Source of the DNA: the human T2T-CHM13v2.0 reference genome, Homo sapiens
Direction: 5' to 3' (one strand)
Assembly: GCF_009914755.1 (NCBI RefSeq)
Contig: NC_060940.1
Length of the DNA: 64,000 nt
A model generated the notes under the pieces. The model saw only the letters and a list, made by a program, of their open reading frames with translations, was not told the DNA's origin and ran no database searches. This document shows, piece after piece, positions 29,757-51,012 of the stretch. Position 1 is the stretch's first letter, and every line of letters starts with the position of its first letter. Position numbers and translations under genes: made by a program.

Positions 29757-29999
29757 CTAGCCCTGTGCCCTGGAGCAGCATCTCTTTCTCTCTGGCTGCT
29801 CGTGAACCACGTCAGCCGTGTGACCTTTGGGGATCCACAACTGTACCCTCAAAGCGGATGTGAAATGCCCCAGTTTTCAAGTGTTAATGACTAATTCAAC
29901 GTTTAAAAAGAACGCAGCATGCTATGCCCCAAATCAAGCCCATCCTCAGTGTGCACCTGGCCTGGGAGCTGCAATTTCCGCTTCGGTGATATCCGGCTA

Positions 30000-30461
<462 letters not shown>

Positions 30462-30877
30462 TCAGGCTCCTGATCCGTGACCCTAGGCCTCTGACTACAG
30501 CTGACTGGGACACAACAGCTGACTGGATTTCTCTTGGCCACTGTGATTCTCCTGCTCAAGATGTAAAGTGAAGGGCACAGAGGCCGAGGACTGAGGTTCG
30601 AGAACTGTAAAGTCCAGTGCTCTGACGGGGAGTCCCTGACCAGGGCTGGCCTGGTCCCATCCCTTCCTGCTGCTCAGGTACCCACTGTTCCTTAGACCCT
30701 GTGAGATACTCCAGGCCCCTTCTACACACCCTACTTTTGCCTACACTAGCCAGGGCTGGCTACTGTTGCTTCCTATAGAATATGTCTCTGCTAAAGCCAT
30801 AATTGATAGGTTATCACTACATTTTTGCCCAGTCCAAACTCCAAAGTATAGAATTCTAACTGTGGTTATGAAATGTA

Positions 30878-33587
<2,710 letters not shown>

Positions 33588-33989
33588 TCATGAATGTGAG
33601 CGGAATACTTATCTTTCCTAGCAAGGGGTCAAAAGATAATACCTAAAAGTTTCCTAAGAGCACACACTTTAGAGTTGCAGAGCTAAGCACCAGGAGACTA
33701 GAGCCCGGGCAGTGACAGGGCCGCCCGTGGAGAGTGGGCGGGGTGGGGAAGCGGAAGTGCTCTGCTCTTCCTTGTGAGCCCACCTGAGTGACTGCTGGTG
33801 CCTGCAGCACAGCTGTGACTAAAAGAGGCGGTGCGGGGAGCTTTCCCACAGAGGTGTGGGCACAGCACAGGCACCTGGGGAAGGCATCCCTTGAGTTGGC
33901 TGCAAGGATGGGGTGTGTTTTTCTGTGTGTTCTGTGGCTGCACGCCTGGCCTGGGGAGCCTGAAGGTCTAGGTCCCAGGCCAGGCCTCA

Positions 33990-34511
<522 letters not shown>

Positions 34512-34865
34512 TCACATAGCTGTATCTCTGTGGGGACTGTTCCTTTTGCCCGTCTCTCAGCCCAGAAAACACCCATTTCCCCAGGAAGCCCCAGTTCTGT
34601 TGCGAGGCCCTCAGGAACAGTCCTCCCTTCTCTTCCCTGCCCCTCCCCTGCCCCGCTGTGCTGCGTCCTTCTCTTTGGCTGATTCCCATAACACCTGGGA
34701 GGCACCAGCAGAGGACACCTTAGACACCGGCCTATAATCCCCAGTCACTCATCTGCAACTCCCATCCCACAAGCTCCCAGAAGGCACTGCTGACCCCTGC
34801 CCGTCTGTATCTGGCCAATGCCTAGCACGTGGCCAGACCTGATGCTGCGGATGCCGGACTCTTAC

Positions 34866-35153
34866 CTTTTGATGACCTCATTCTCCACCATTGAGCTGTC
34901 TACCACGATGATCTGCTCCGGGATCCTGACATCCACAGAAATGAGGCCCAGAGAGAAGAGGGTCAGGACGGCCACACAATTTCCTCCAGGGCCGTCCAGT
35001 GAAAAGGCCACCATGTCGTTTGTGGGCTCGTTATTATCCTGGTCTTTGAAAGAGAAACGATCAGGCTGGTCCAACTTGCCGGCAGCCCGCATTCTGTCCA
35101 AAAACTGGAATGACTCCGTGCAGATGGTGCTTGGAAATCGCCACGTAAAAATC
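34866..35153 (-). CDS. GTF3C1: GTF3C1 exon 31 (IFTWRFPS...ENEVIK)
   Basis: tgtag| and |gtaaga; 288 nt. Confidence 0.94.
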
Positions 35154-36504
35154 CTACAGACAAAAAGAAAGGAAGGGCCTGACTGAGGGCCAGCTGTGGG
35201 AAGCCTTCATTTGGATGGACTATGAGCACGTCAAACCATTATGGTGAGAACTAAGCAAAACGCCCCACTTCTTCCCTAAAGCTCTCTGTCCCATCCCAGA
35301 TGAAGGTGCTGCATTCCCACCTAGCGGTGTTTGTGTCTCTCTTCCCCGCTTGCCTGAGTACCTTCCGGGCAGAGTCCTGTCTCCTCATCTAATTCAATGT
35401 GGCCTCACCTGGCGCTCCAGGAGGGCGCTGGCAGGCTCACCTTACAGGGGCTCACTGTACACAGCTGCTGAACTAGGGATGGTGAACACGCTTTCTGTAA
35501 TAATAGTCTCCGCACAAAGCCAGCCCTGGTCTTACACATGTGCCCAAGCTGTCTCCACGCAGTGCCTGGTGAGTCACTTCCCCGGCTCTGTCCAGAGAGC
35601 AACATTCCATGACCCTGCTACCAGGGTCAGAGGGAGGGACCAAAAAGGCCTTCCTTGTCTGTGACCACTGCCCTCGGTTCAGATGGGGACATGCGGTCAG
35701 AGCAGTGTCTCCGTGACAAATGGCCTTGTTGGATTTGGGCACGTATCTTCTGCTGCCACACCTACTTCCCAGAGGCCTGAGGGTCATTCGGGGTCAGGGT
35801 CTGGGGAGGAGGAAGTGTCTGCCGTCGTGGGGAAGGGATGGGATCAAAGAACCAAAAGAAGATTCATGGTGCTGTCTCTGAGCATCTGACTGCAGCCCCG
35901 TGCAGACCTGAGTGCGGGGAAGGAGAATGGTGTGAAGGGGAAGCCGTCAAGACGGCAGCTTAGGAATGTTCTCAGGGACTCTCTGCGTGTGGTCAGGAGG
36001 CTGGTGGTGCAACGCCCTCTGCGGCATGAAGCCACACTGCAAGAGCGCTTCAGGAGGGAGCCCCAGGAGGATGCCTGTCTGAATGCACCTCCGCACCCCA
36101 ATCCTGCACTGGCTGTTGGTGCTGCGAATGGGCCCAGGAGGCTTCCCAGGTCTCAGGGCTACGCGGAAGAGGGACTGAGGCTATGCTGGAACAGGAGGGT
36201 GGACTTCCAGCCAGGCCAATTATTAAATGCAAACTGATTTCACTCCATCTGACGAGAGAAACGGAAACAAACCACCTGCAAAATGGTAACGCCGCCAACA
36301 CAAAGAAGCTGCCAGCGCTCACCTGATCCCCATACCACGAAGGAGGTAAGGGGCTGCAGGAAACCCAAGCCGGCATCTTGCACATGAGGCTGCGAAGGTC
36401 CCTGGCTCCTACACGCTTTCATGGCCACAGTGCTTCCTTTGCTCCTCTTTACAGACAGGGCGTGGCTCCACCTCGGAGTACCCAAGGCTCCTGACAGGTA
36501 CTCA

Positions 36505-36954
<450 letters not shown>

Positions 36955-37039
36955 TCACTCCCAAGCCGATTTCTTTTGGATGCAGACAGAGGGAATCAAC
37001 ACAGAATCATCTCGTCTACCACTCTGTCCCTTGGCCTCC

Positions 37040-37680
37040 CACCCAGCCAAAAGCACGTCAGGTGGGCTCTACCTTCCAATGCATCGGGTTCGTGCCACCT
37101 GCACTGGCCCATCTAGTCTATGCCACTGTTCTTTCTCACCATGGTCCCCAGCTGACTGGTCTCCCTCCTTCCCCATGTCACTTTCCCCAATCCCTGACCA
37201 TTCTCCACAGCAGCCAGAGTAATCCTTCCATGCCTAAATCAGACCACACATTCCTGCCCTGCCTCAAAACCCCCAAGGACTTCCCTCTGCAGATGTGACC
37301 ACAACCAGTCCTTCACGACAAGGAGCCTGATAAGTGGGACCCTGCCCGCCCAGCCACCACTCTGGCCTCACGTCCCCCAACACCACCCCTCGCTCACTGC
37401 CCTCCAGCCTCCTGGACCTTCTTACATTTCTTGAAAAAGCTGAGGCATCCTGCCTTGGGGCCTTTGCCCTGCCGCTCCCCTAAATCTTTGCCTGGCTGAT
37501 TCCTCAACATTCAGGGCTCAGCCCAAATATTTCCCCTCAAATAACAAATCCCTCTCCATTCTCCTCCTCTGAGGTCAATTGCCTTATATTATCCTGTTTT
37601 ATTTTCTCCATAGCAGCCACCTGAAACAATCTCATTTGCTTACTCATTGTTTGGAAGTCCCAGGAGAACACAGATTCAAC
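37040..37680. mobile_element. L2 fragments (similar fragments near 56370-56850 and 60300-60600)
   Basis: 'cacagcagccagagtaatccttc...aaatcagaccac...ctgcctcaaaacc' is typical of L2. Confidence 0.6.
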
Positions 37681-37682
37681 TC

Positions 37683-37960
37683 CTTTTTTTTTGAGCCAGG
37701 GTCTCACTCTGTTGCCCAGGCTGGAGTACAGTGACACCAACATAGCTCACTGCAGCCTCGACCTCCTGGCTCAAGCGGTCCTCCTGCTTCAGCCTCCTGG
37801 GTAGCCGGGACTACAGGCACTATGCCTGGTTAATTTTTGTATTTTTTGTAGAGATGGGTTTTTCACCATGTTGCCCAGGCTGGTCTCAAACTCCTGGCCT
37901 CATCCTGCCTCAGCCTCCCAAAGTGCTGGGATTACAGGCGTAAGCCACCATGCCTGGCCT
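37683..37960 (-). mobile_element. AluJ with TSD agattcaactc
   Basis: Flanking direct repeats at 37672-37682 and 37961-37971. Confidence 0.9.
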
Positions 37961-40759
37961 AGATTCAACTCTTGCTGTTGCCACCCCAGTGCCTAGGCGG
38001 AAGGAAGTACCTCTGCTGGACATGCCATGGTGACTTCATGGCTCAGCCTGCTAAGTCTCATGGACCTGGGCCCCGCCTAGTGAACAAGCAGCTCAAAGGA
38101 CTGTGCAGTCAGCAGAGTCTCTGTTACTCCAAGCTTCTGCAAAGGGCAAGCAACCAGCAGTTCCTGAGTATCTAGCATTTGCCATCCTCTGAGAGAGCTC
38201 CTATAGGACTGTCTCCTCAAAAGCACTGGCCAAGAAAAATCCCTGTCATGGTCTAAGGATTTTAGGTGCTGCCCCCAGGACCTTCAGTGACAGAGGAGGC
38301 TGAGGCACATGGACTTTAAGTGATCCTCTGAGGTCACACTGTCAGGCAGGGGTGGGTCAGAGGAGAGAAGAGCAACCTCACCACTGCACCTTCCTTCCAG
38401 TGGAGGGACACAAGGGGACCGGGGACCGGTGCGGTGGTCAGCTGGGGCTCTGGGGCAGCACCCAGGTGTTCCCTGGAGCGTATCTGAATGAAGCCTGTGC
38501 AACTTGCTTCCTCTAGACAGCACCTGTGCGCCAGTCCTGGGCATGCAGACCATCAGACCTTATGGGGGAACACTCTCCATGTGGTGGGCGGGAGAAGCTG
38601 GGAGTGGCCATTACACCATCATCCTTCCCTAGAGCACTGGAGGGAAGCTGCATCTCACTCCTTGTGACAAGCCTTCTGTGACTTTGCTCTTCTCTTCCAT
38701 TTGAATATAACTAGCGAATGGGTGTATTCCCACATAACAGGATAGGAGCGCTCAGGCCATGTGTGGTGAGTTGGGGGGTATCGTCCACCCACTCACATTT
38801 CCAAGAGGCTGGGCTGTCACAGGCACAGTGAGCCCACCTGCAGCCTTCCACTGGCTTCCCGGAACCTTGAGGGGAGCCTCGCGGGGTCCCCTATGGGGCT
38901 CTGACATTGCTGTTGGCCTTCCAGTCCTCACTCAAGAGTCACTAAAGAAGTGTCCTGTTTCCTGCTCGGGGAGGGAGGCTACGCAGGCCGGTGGTCTTTC
39001 TAAGGTGACTTTCCATGCCCCTGGGGGTTAAGGCAGAGTGACTAGGCCTTCGGTACCACACATCAGAGCCCAGGTGCCACCTGGAGATGGAACTGGAACT
39101 GGAGGAGGAAAAAGCCGTGGGAATAATACTGGGGATGGGCCTGGCTAGAAGGCAGGGGGCCCAGCTTTTGCCGTTGGGGCTGGGCTTTCTTGTTTGGAGG
39201 TGGGGTACAGTGGGAAGGATCCCCAAAGTCCCCTCCAGCTCTGAGCCACTAATCAGCAGGATAGCTGGAAGGCCCACCCCACAGCCAGAAGTCGGAAATT
39301 TGGACTCCTGTGTGCAATGTTGGAAAAAACATTTTTTGAAAAAAAAATTTTGTTTTTTCCTTTTAAACAAGCGTGAGACCAATAAAATACGGTCTGTGGA
39401 CTGTTTATTTGGAACTTCACCCAATACTATTTATTCTTTTCTCTGCAAGTTCAGGCTCAGACAGGGCTTTGCTTTCATCTACAAAATGCTGGGGTGGCAG
39501 AGGGCGCACGGCACAGATACTAGCCTTCCACTCCAAATGTGTACACTTGACCGTATGTGTAAAACAGGCAGGAGGAAATAAAACACAGGGTTCAAGGGAT
39601 GCACAGCAAGTGTATGAGGACATTTCTCGGGCCTCCCTGATTGATGGTCCCATGTGTCCCTGCAGGAGGCACAGAGAACCTCCAGGTGGTGATTAAAACA
39701 GGAGAAATCAAATGCACACTCTGTCTTGGGTGTGCTGAGGTCTGGCCATGGCCGTTAAAGACTAGGGCCAGGGTGCTGCTCTGAAGCAGGGCATTCAAGC
39801 CCAGCGTGGCATTTTCCTGAACCAGTTCCATTTCCCCCAGTCCTCCCTGCCCCGCTGTGGCCAAAGTAACAAGCACGTGCAGCGCCCCGCCAGGGTCAAC
39901 ACTGCTGTTTCTGCAAGGGTGGCCCATGGGCCCCTTCGGGATTGGGGAGGGGTGGCACACTCTTATCAGGGCCCCACTCCACTGCTCTTGACTGGAGTCT
40001 CTGAGAATAGGGCTTGGGCTTAACATGCTATAAGATCTCTCTGTGGACTGTGAGGCGCCCTAATGATCGGGTCCTCACCCATCTGAATTCATCGGCGGGA
40101 TTAGGAAAGTCCCTTTGTTTTCTTATTCTTTTTTCCCCTCGTATTCCAAATCAGGTGACTTGTTAATGTAAGCCAGGAGCAGATTTTTAGGGTTAGTGAT
40201 TAAATACAAAATGAACGGGTCCTCCTTAGAATTCACTTTTGATGACTTGGGGGAGAACGAGGCCCTGGGCAGCACTGGCAGGGGACCCTCAGCACCTCTC
40301 TGTTGGGGTCTTGGGTGATGACTGAGATATGTGGTCTTGGGTGTGTGATTTAACTTCTCTGAACCTCAAGTGCCCACATTTGTATAAGAGTAGTAAGACC
40401 ACTGACTTCCCAGGCTCCACCGGGGGTTCGATGTGATTTCCCTTCCTCACTCTCATGTTCTTTCAGCCGCAGTAGAGCGGCCGCGTGGACCTGTGTCCTC
40501 GGGAGACAGATGACTCACTGCCCACGGAAAGGCAGCTTTCCCATCCAGTGACCTCCCACAACCAGAATATCTTGGCATTCCAAAGTGATGATTTGAAAAG
40601 CTATGCCGTATAGCTCAATTACTTTCTCAGGTCCTTTGCCATGCCTCATTTCCTCTCCTGCTTCATTTTCTGTCTTAAACATTAGACTTAAAAACCTCAG
40701 CTCTGGGAGGGATTGTGGAGGTCACTAGATCCCATCCCCATGCTTTAAAGACTAAAGAG

Positions 40760-41070
40760 AGAGATGAGGAAAGCTGGCCAAGGGGTGCAAAGCTTCAGTT
40801 CTATGAGATGCTAAGCCCTGGAGGCTCACAGCTTGGTAATGACAGGTGACAATCTGGTGCTGTACACTTGAAATGCACCAGGAGGAGAGATCGCCAAGTG
40901 TGCTCACCATAATGAGAAAAGGTACTATGTGGGGTGATGGATGTGCTAATTGGCTTGACTGTGACGATTATTCTGCAATGTATACGTACATCAAATCCTC
41001 CAGTTGTATAACATAAACATACACAATAAACACAAAGAAATAAAAATAAAACAACGATAAAAAAATAAAG
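40760..41070 (+). mobile_element. L1M (L1MB-like) 3'UTR fragment
   Basis: aaggggtgcaaagcttcagtt...gtgatggatgtgctaattggcttgactgtg...A-rich end. Confidence 0.7.
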
Positions 41071-41106
41071 TTGAAAGACATGTGGGCTGGCATTTTGGGG
41101 GAATCA

Positions 41107-41370
<264 letters not shown>

Positions 41371-41782
41371 TTAGGGAAAAAAACTTGAATCTCACAAAAG
41401 GGACACAAATGCCAAAACTATTCACAAAAGAAAACACAATATATGATGGTTTCTAGGCTTTACTAACAGGTCCATTTCTGCAGGAGAAAAGTTTCTTTTA
41501 GTAGATAGGGGGTGACCTACCTGGAACGGGTTTACATGACCACTAATAAATGTAGTTAGTACTTCTCGTTTCTTTCCCTCTAATTCTAAACGAGTTTTTC
41601 TCCGAAGAAAAAAGGTTTCTCACTGAAATACAGAGCTAAAATCAAAGTGACTATTGATTATCCAAGATGGAAAAACAAAACCTGGGCTTTTGGAACTGAG
41701 TTTTGCTTGGAAAGCTCATGGGTTCAGAGTTTAAATCCTTTCCTCAACCTACCTTAAGGCTTGGCCAGTGATATTCAAGGCT

Positions 41783-43144
<1,362 letters not shown>

Positions 43145-43226
43145 TAGATTACCCCAGTGCAATAGGTTGTCAGCCATCAAGTTATTAAGCAGCTGAGGAA
43201 AAGCTACTCTATATATCAGTACTTAC

Positions 43227-43289
43227 CTGTTAAGTTCATCCTCTTTCCTGGTTTGATCTTTTTCATCCCCAATTGCCAAAACTCGGTAC
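43227..43289 (-). CDS. GTF3C1: GTF3C1 exon 28 ([20 protein letters not shown])
   Basis: tgcag| and |gtaagt; 63 nt. Confidence 0.92.
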
Positions 43290-43654
43290 CTGCAAAAGAA
43301 ACATAACAGCATGTCAGTGAAACAAAACAGCTCCTCACTAAGCAAGCGGATGCTGGCTCAAGATGGCCATTTATTGGCTAAAGTGTTGGGAGTGGGAGAA
43401 ATGTTAAACTCACCAAATGTCGAGTGCTGTGCATGTAAATTAAAATGAGAATATACCCTGTCCTGCCTGTTATAAAAAGGAGGGCTGAGAAAATGTGCAA
43501 TGTTCACTCACCGACAATTATGTGGCAACACGGAAAAATGTGAACTGGCAAAGATCCACTGTTAATTGTAAGAGGAACAGCACCTAAAACTGTGGGTGTG
43601 TTACAATCCAAAAAAAAAAAAAAAGCACAAGAAGAAAATGTCCCACCCAGAAGT

Positions 43655-44015
43655 AATCTAAAAAAATTATTCTCATAGAAGAAGGAAAAAGGTGGTTCCC
43701 AGAGGCTGGGAAGTGGAAGGGAAGGAATGAAGAAAGGAAAGATGTTGAGCAAAGGGTATAAAGTTACAGTTAGACCAGAGGAAAAAGTTTTCATGATTTA
43801 AAACTGCATGGTGACCACAGTTAATAACACATTACATATTTTGAAATTACTAAAATAATAGATTTTTAAGGTTTGTATTGCCAACAAAAGAAGTTGGTGA
43901 GGCGACAGATATGTTGGTTAACTTGACTTCATCCTTCCTCAATGAACACATATATTAAAACATCACACTGTACCCCATAAATATATAAAATTATTATTCA
44001 TCAATTAAAACAAAG
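43655..44015 (+). mobile_element. L1MA 3'UTR fragment
   Basis: aaagggtataaagttacagttaga...catcacactgtaccccataaatatata...tcaattaaaa. Confidence 0.75.
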
Positions 44016-44304
44016 AAATATGAAAATCCCCAAAGAGTAGCCATATTAGGTGTTGGAATTACAAACCATTTCCCCATTTTTTTTTTGAGTTTCATGTAAT
44101 ATTATTTTACTGTATGTATACCAAGCAAGTAAATTTAAGAATAAGTCATAGAACTGCCTTTTTATAAAATATGACAAATTGGCCATTTGTAGGACATTTC
44201 TTCGGTTTCTAACAAACTAACAGAAAAATTAATCTTGACTGCAATAGTAAATTCCTCTTATAATTTAGTGCCAAGAAAAAGAAACTTTTCAGAAAACGTG
44301 AAAA

Positions 44305-44528
44305 CCACCTCTGCTTCCTGGGTTCAAGTGATTCTCCTGCTTCAGCCTCCCAAGTAGCTGGGATTACAGGCACGTGCCACCACGCCCAGCTAATTTTTGT
44401 ATTTTTAGAAGAGACAGGGTTTCACCATGTTGGCCAGGCTGGTCTCGAATTGCTGACCTCAGGTGATCCACCCGCCTCGGCCTCCCAAACTGCTGGGATG
44501 ATGGGTGTTAAGCCCCCACACCTGGCTT
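44305..44528 (-). mobile_element. AluS, tail-truncated
   Basis: Partial antisense consensus. Confidence 0.85.
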
Positions 44529-44676
44529 GGAACCATTTTCTATTCTGCCTTGCCTGCCAGAATGCTCAGGATCACAATCAGTATTAAACTGTTACACTTG
44601 CAACTTTTTCTTCTCTCTAAATGGTTCATGGGCTCTCCTTTAAAAATCTCTGTCTTCTTTTATGATTAAAAATTGT

Positions 44677-44982
<306 letters not shown>

Positions 44983-45835
44983 GTTGCCCCATAACTTTAC
45001 TGAGAATATGTGGAGATATAAATTACAAATCAGTAAACAGGCCATTGGATTGACTTGAAACCATGCCATTTTGGAATTCTGGGGAACAGTCTACTGCAAA
45101 CCAGAAACAAAACCCAGAATGTGGGCAAAGGATATCAACTCTGAAAACGAGTACAAACTGCTCTTTAGGCATGGCAATACAGTGGGTGAGACATACATTA
45201 TCTGTTGAGTGAATGAAGGAATGAGGTCTTCAACTGAAATGTTGAGAGCAAGGGTGCTGTACAGTTCACAGGCAGAACTGATGGATGCCATCATTTTACA
45301 GGGAGAAATTCAGAAAAACAGTGGCTCGAGGGACTTTTTGGGTGAGGATGGTGGAGAAAAGGGATCTACATTTGGAGGATGCTGAGGTAACAGGCCTAGT
45401 TCACAGAACTTAAGATTTAAAAATTGTACAGGGTTCTGTGCTCATACCCAAGATTCTTCTTCCAAATGCCGAGTGGTTACAGACCCTCCTATGTTCAAAT
45501 CCTGGCCCTGGTACTTACAAGCACTGTGACCTTGGGCACGTTACTTACATAGGAATTTCCTCAAAGGTAAAGTAAGCAAACCTAGCAAAAAGTACACCAA
45601 CCAAACAAGGAAGCCTGAAGGACCAATGGGAGAATGAACATAAATGCCCGGCAGGGTGCTAGGTCCCATTCTGTGTTCAAGTCACCCATGAGAGGAGAGA
45701 CAGGAGGGCCACTGCAAGGCCAAATGCAGCCAGGCAGGTGCTGTGCGCTTCCCGGACCTGCTGATAAGGGAGACAGGGCTGGCCTTTTCTTCTTGCCCTG
45801 CGAGGGCCACATGGAACCATCCCAGAAACGGCTTA

Positions 45836-45952
<117 letters not shown>

Positions 45953-47789
45953 TCAACATGAGAGCATGAGAGGTTAAGCCCTTACTCTTCCTAAAGGGAG
46001 GTTTTGCTAAGATGCACCAAGGAATATCTTGTAACAAACTCCTGCACCAGCTAAGTCCGAGAACCACTGACCAGGTGCCTCCCCTGGTCACCTGTCATCT
46101 GTCACCTGTCATCTGAGAAGCTCGGTCTGTAGAGGAGGCAAAAGACCCTCACCACTACGCTCAGGAAACTGGGGTACCTGGTGCCAACTAACCCACCGAC
46201 AGCCTCACCCTGCATCGCTGGCACTCTCCCAAGCCCCAGGTGAGATGACTCAAACGTGCCCCACACAGTGCTCCCTCACAGCCTCCCTCCTCCCAGGCCT
46301 GGTGTTCCCTGGTTCACCCATGTAGTCAGCCTCCTTCCTCTGCCCCAGCCTCACACTCCACGGGTGGCCCCCAAATCAATTTCCTCCTCTATATGCGCAC
46401 TGCATCATCTCAGTCCAGACCCAGATCTGAGGAGCAAGCTGGTTGCGTCACCCAGTGTGCAATGCGACATGGTATGCTCCCGCTCCTCCCTGGCCTGGTG
46501 GCTATGTAGGACGCAGCCCCTGCTGCATCTGGCTGCTGTGCCTGCCAGCCCCACGGCTCCCTCTCCCCTCACTGTTGCTGCCCCAGCTGCCGTGGTTTCC
46601 AGTCTCGCCCAGTGCTGACACCTTTACTAAGCCCACTGGCAGACACTGTGGGTGTCTGTGGGTCACCTATTCCATTTTTCCCCACACTTTCTGATTAGCC
46701 AGTCTCAATTTGCTGTGGGGAGGGAGGATGCCCAGTCTCCTAGGATACACCAGGACAGTTTAAGCCACTCATGGCAGCCTGAGTCCCCTGTGCTATGTCC
46801 CACTGTTTCCCAGCCACGTGGCCCAGGTCTGCCAGGGGCTCCTGGGAAAGGCTGTCCCCTGATACAAGGGCCATGTGGGTCTATTGCAGCCCCTCTCCCC
46901 ACTGCTTCCTGCTCTGGAATTCTGTTGTGAGGACTTGAGCTCTCATTGTCAACATTTGCAACCAGGGGGTGACTGGCATAGGATGGAAAGCTGACCACTG
47001 CTCCTGGAGGGGAGTGTGGCGGCAGGAACCTGGGAGCCTGATGACATCTCTGCTCCCCTGCACCAGACCAGGACTGCCTACCCTCAACTGCTTGGCATTT
47101 GGGAAAAAGGAAGCTGTATACTCTCATTAGGTTAGGTTTTTCTGTCACTTCCATCCAAAAGCATTGCTGAGCCTCCTCCCTGACCTCTGTGGGCCTGTGC
47201 CTTCCTCTTCCGGGAGCTGACTACACTGTCCTGCAATGGCCATGTACTTCTCTGTCTGTCCCACTCGCCTGTGGCCTCCTTGGCGGAAAAGGTAGCCTCT
47301 CCTTGTCCACTGGCCTCACTTGGCACAAGTCCTGCCACACACACTGTAGTGTCCAGGGTTAGCACAGAAATGAAAGATGAGCAGCCTCTGAGGCGAAGGG
47401 CAGGAGTCTGGGTCAGCAGACAGCTTCCCTCCTTGTCAGCCACCGCCTTGGCCCCTCTGGACAGAAAACTCGGAAAGAAAACCCACACCCAGTCTGCGAG
47501 CTTTCTAGGAAGCCTGTAATTTCTGAAGAAATGTTCTATTTTCTTAACAAAACAGGCCCAAGGCACAGCAGCCCTTCAAAGTGGCCTGTCAGATTCTAAT
47601 CATCTTTAAAAACAGGTGTTTGAAGCCAGATCAAGTGAAGGCCAACACCAGAGAGCTGACTCGGTGATTTCTCAAGTGAGCAGGAAACAAAGTCCACGTT
47701 CCTAAGGCTGGCAGGGGCACTGTGGGATGAGAGGAGCTGACTGAAGTCTAGCTGCCCCAATCTCCCAAGCATACCAAGCCCTACACTCA

Positions 47790-47936
<147 letters not shown>

Positions 47937-48967
47937 TCAGAACCTTCAGAGAGCTCCATTCTCATGTTTCTGGCCTTGGCCGACCTTGAAGCATGAGTTA
48001 CTTATATGCCTGTTGCACAACTGCAGCTTTTACGAATGAAGGATTTGGGGTCAGCCAAGCCTGACCTCAGTCAGGTCTGTTCACACTTTACACCTTGGCT
48101 TCTCTGAACTTCCGTCCTTCATAGGTAACCGAGAACACTGAGTCCCAAACTGTCTCTCACAGGGGTTTGTCCAGGACCATATGGGCTGACCTATGTGAAA
48201 GTGCATCACACATTTAAAAACATCAAACAGGCTTTGGGGTTTATTATTCTTAAGCTCTCTAATCTACTGCAAAGCAGGTGTGTCCACTCCACTAACCTTC
48301 ACATCTCCATGATATAAGGAGAGCCTGACTTGCCCAAAAGAAAATGAAGGGGAAGGCGACCAGCATTTGCTGGGCTCCCGTCCACCAGGCACTGCTGCCT
48401 TCATAAAGAGCTTGCCAGGTACAGACTCATTCCGCTTTACAGCCTGGTAAGGCAAGGGGACTCCCTGAGGTCACACACACAAGGGCAGGGCAGGAAGACA
48501 GTTCTCAGCTCTGCTAAGAACATGGCAGAGGGCATCCTGTCCAATGATCCCAGGTCCTGCCTAGCTTGCTGCTGGAGGGAGCCACCAATCAGAGCTCTCA
48601 GGAACTGCTCTGAGGGCCAAAAACAGCAGGAAAAGCCAGCCTCTGCCTCTGCCTCCACCACCAGCTAGGCACGTGGTACTTAGCGAGTCAGCCTATCTAG
48701 TCTCCGCTTCTTCATCCAAAAAAAGGATACCACCACCTACTTCTCATGGCCGCTATAAGGTCTAAGCAATACCTTGCATGGGAAAGCACCCAGAATCATG
48801 CTTGGCCCTCACCCTCAAAAAACCAAGGTCCATCTCCCCAGCAGACTCCAACACTTGGCCAGCCCATCAGACACCTCAGTGTGCTCCAGCCACACTTCCC
48901 ACCAGACTCTTAAGCAAACGGGATAACGTAACCGTGTCCCGGAGTGACGGGGCTTCAATGAGGCTTA

Positions 48968-49141
<174 letters not shown>

Positions 49142-50409
49142 TCAGTATCCTCAGAGACGACATCATGGGGAATTACCATAAAAAAGTGGACAAAATGTGT
49201 TTTGTGCAGCCTCCTTCCTCAGAGAATCCCCACAACTGTCACCTCACAATATTTACTGGGCCCACCATGTGCCAGACACTGAGGGAGATTCTGGGCAGAC
49301 AAGTATAGGACGAGGCCTCAGTGACCAGCGGGAAAGAGTGTATTTTAGCAAGCGCCATGTGTGACAAAGGTGCCCAACGGGGCGGGGGGGAACTGCCTGA
49401 AAGGGCGCTGTATTAGAGGGAATCATGGGGATGCAAAGTGTGTTTAGTTAGAGGTCTTAGTGTCCTAATTATGCATCATGTGTGCTCAGAAACGTTCTGT
49501 ATGTTGTGCTTGTATGTTATGTTAGTAGAAGCAGAATGTACAAAATTAGCAGACCCAGGAGAACATCTTGGTCAATAACACAGGAAGGCAAGGCCGACAT
49601 GAGAAAGCCGCTTGACGAGTTATTTTCTTACATCCCCAAGGATGAGGTGACCCAAAAAGTCTGTAAGTTCTGGTAAGCGGCGAGAGTCCATCAACACTGA
49701 CCTATGCAGGACCCTCCTGCCTCCTCCAGCTGCACCAGAGCTGGAGCAGATGGAGGGACGCCCCACTTACCCATCAGCTCTGCAATGACGAAGCCATTGC
49801 AGATGCAGGGAACAGAAATTAGGGATGGCAACATGTCACCTTTCAGGTTCTTCCTTGGAAAAGAGGTTGGGATGGAATTCAGGAGAGGACTGAGGGATGA
49901 GAGAACAGGGGACAAGCGGTCAAGACAAGGGATCTAATAGTTGGCAGGCAAGGAGCATCTGGGCACAAAGCCCCAGCTGGGTTTCTCCTGCCTGGCCTGG
50001 CTGAGACCCGGAGGCACACCCGGGCTCCTCCAAAGCTGCCTTGTGGCACTACTGCCTGGAAGGGGCCCTGGACTGGACTGGCAGAGCTTTTTCCTGGAAG
50101 GCAAATAAGAGGTCTCGCTGCCTTGTGGACCAGCCACGCCGGTGAGCCAAGAGGTACCAGAGGTGACAGAAACAGCATGAGAAGTATCCGGCCAAGAACA
50201 GAGAATGAGCAGGGTAATTACGCCCAATTGGCAGATCATTCCGGACATGATGGGCAGTTACAGGAAGGTAAATTGGAGCTTTTCAGGCAATGAAGGTGGG
50301 AGGAAGGAGCAGGCCAGGGTTAGACTACTGGTGAGGAGAGAGAAAGAACAGCTCTGAACTAGTTTGCCTGCAGCTAGGCAAACATTTATATGTATGCAGC
50401 TGAAAGCTA

Positions 50410-51012
<603 letters not shown>

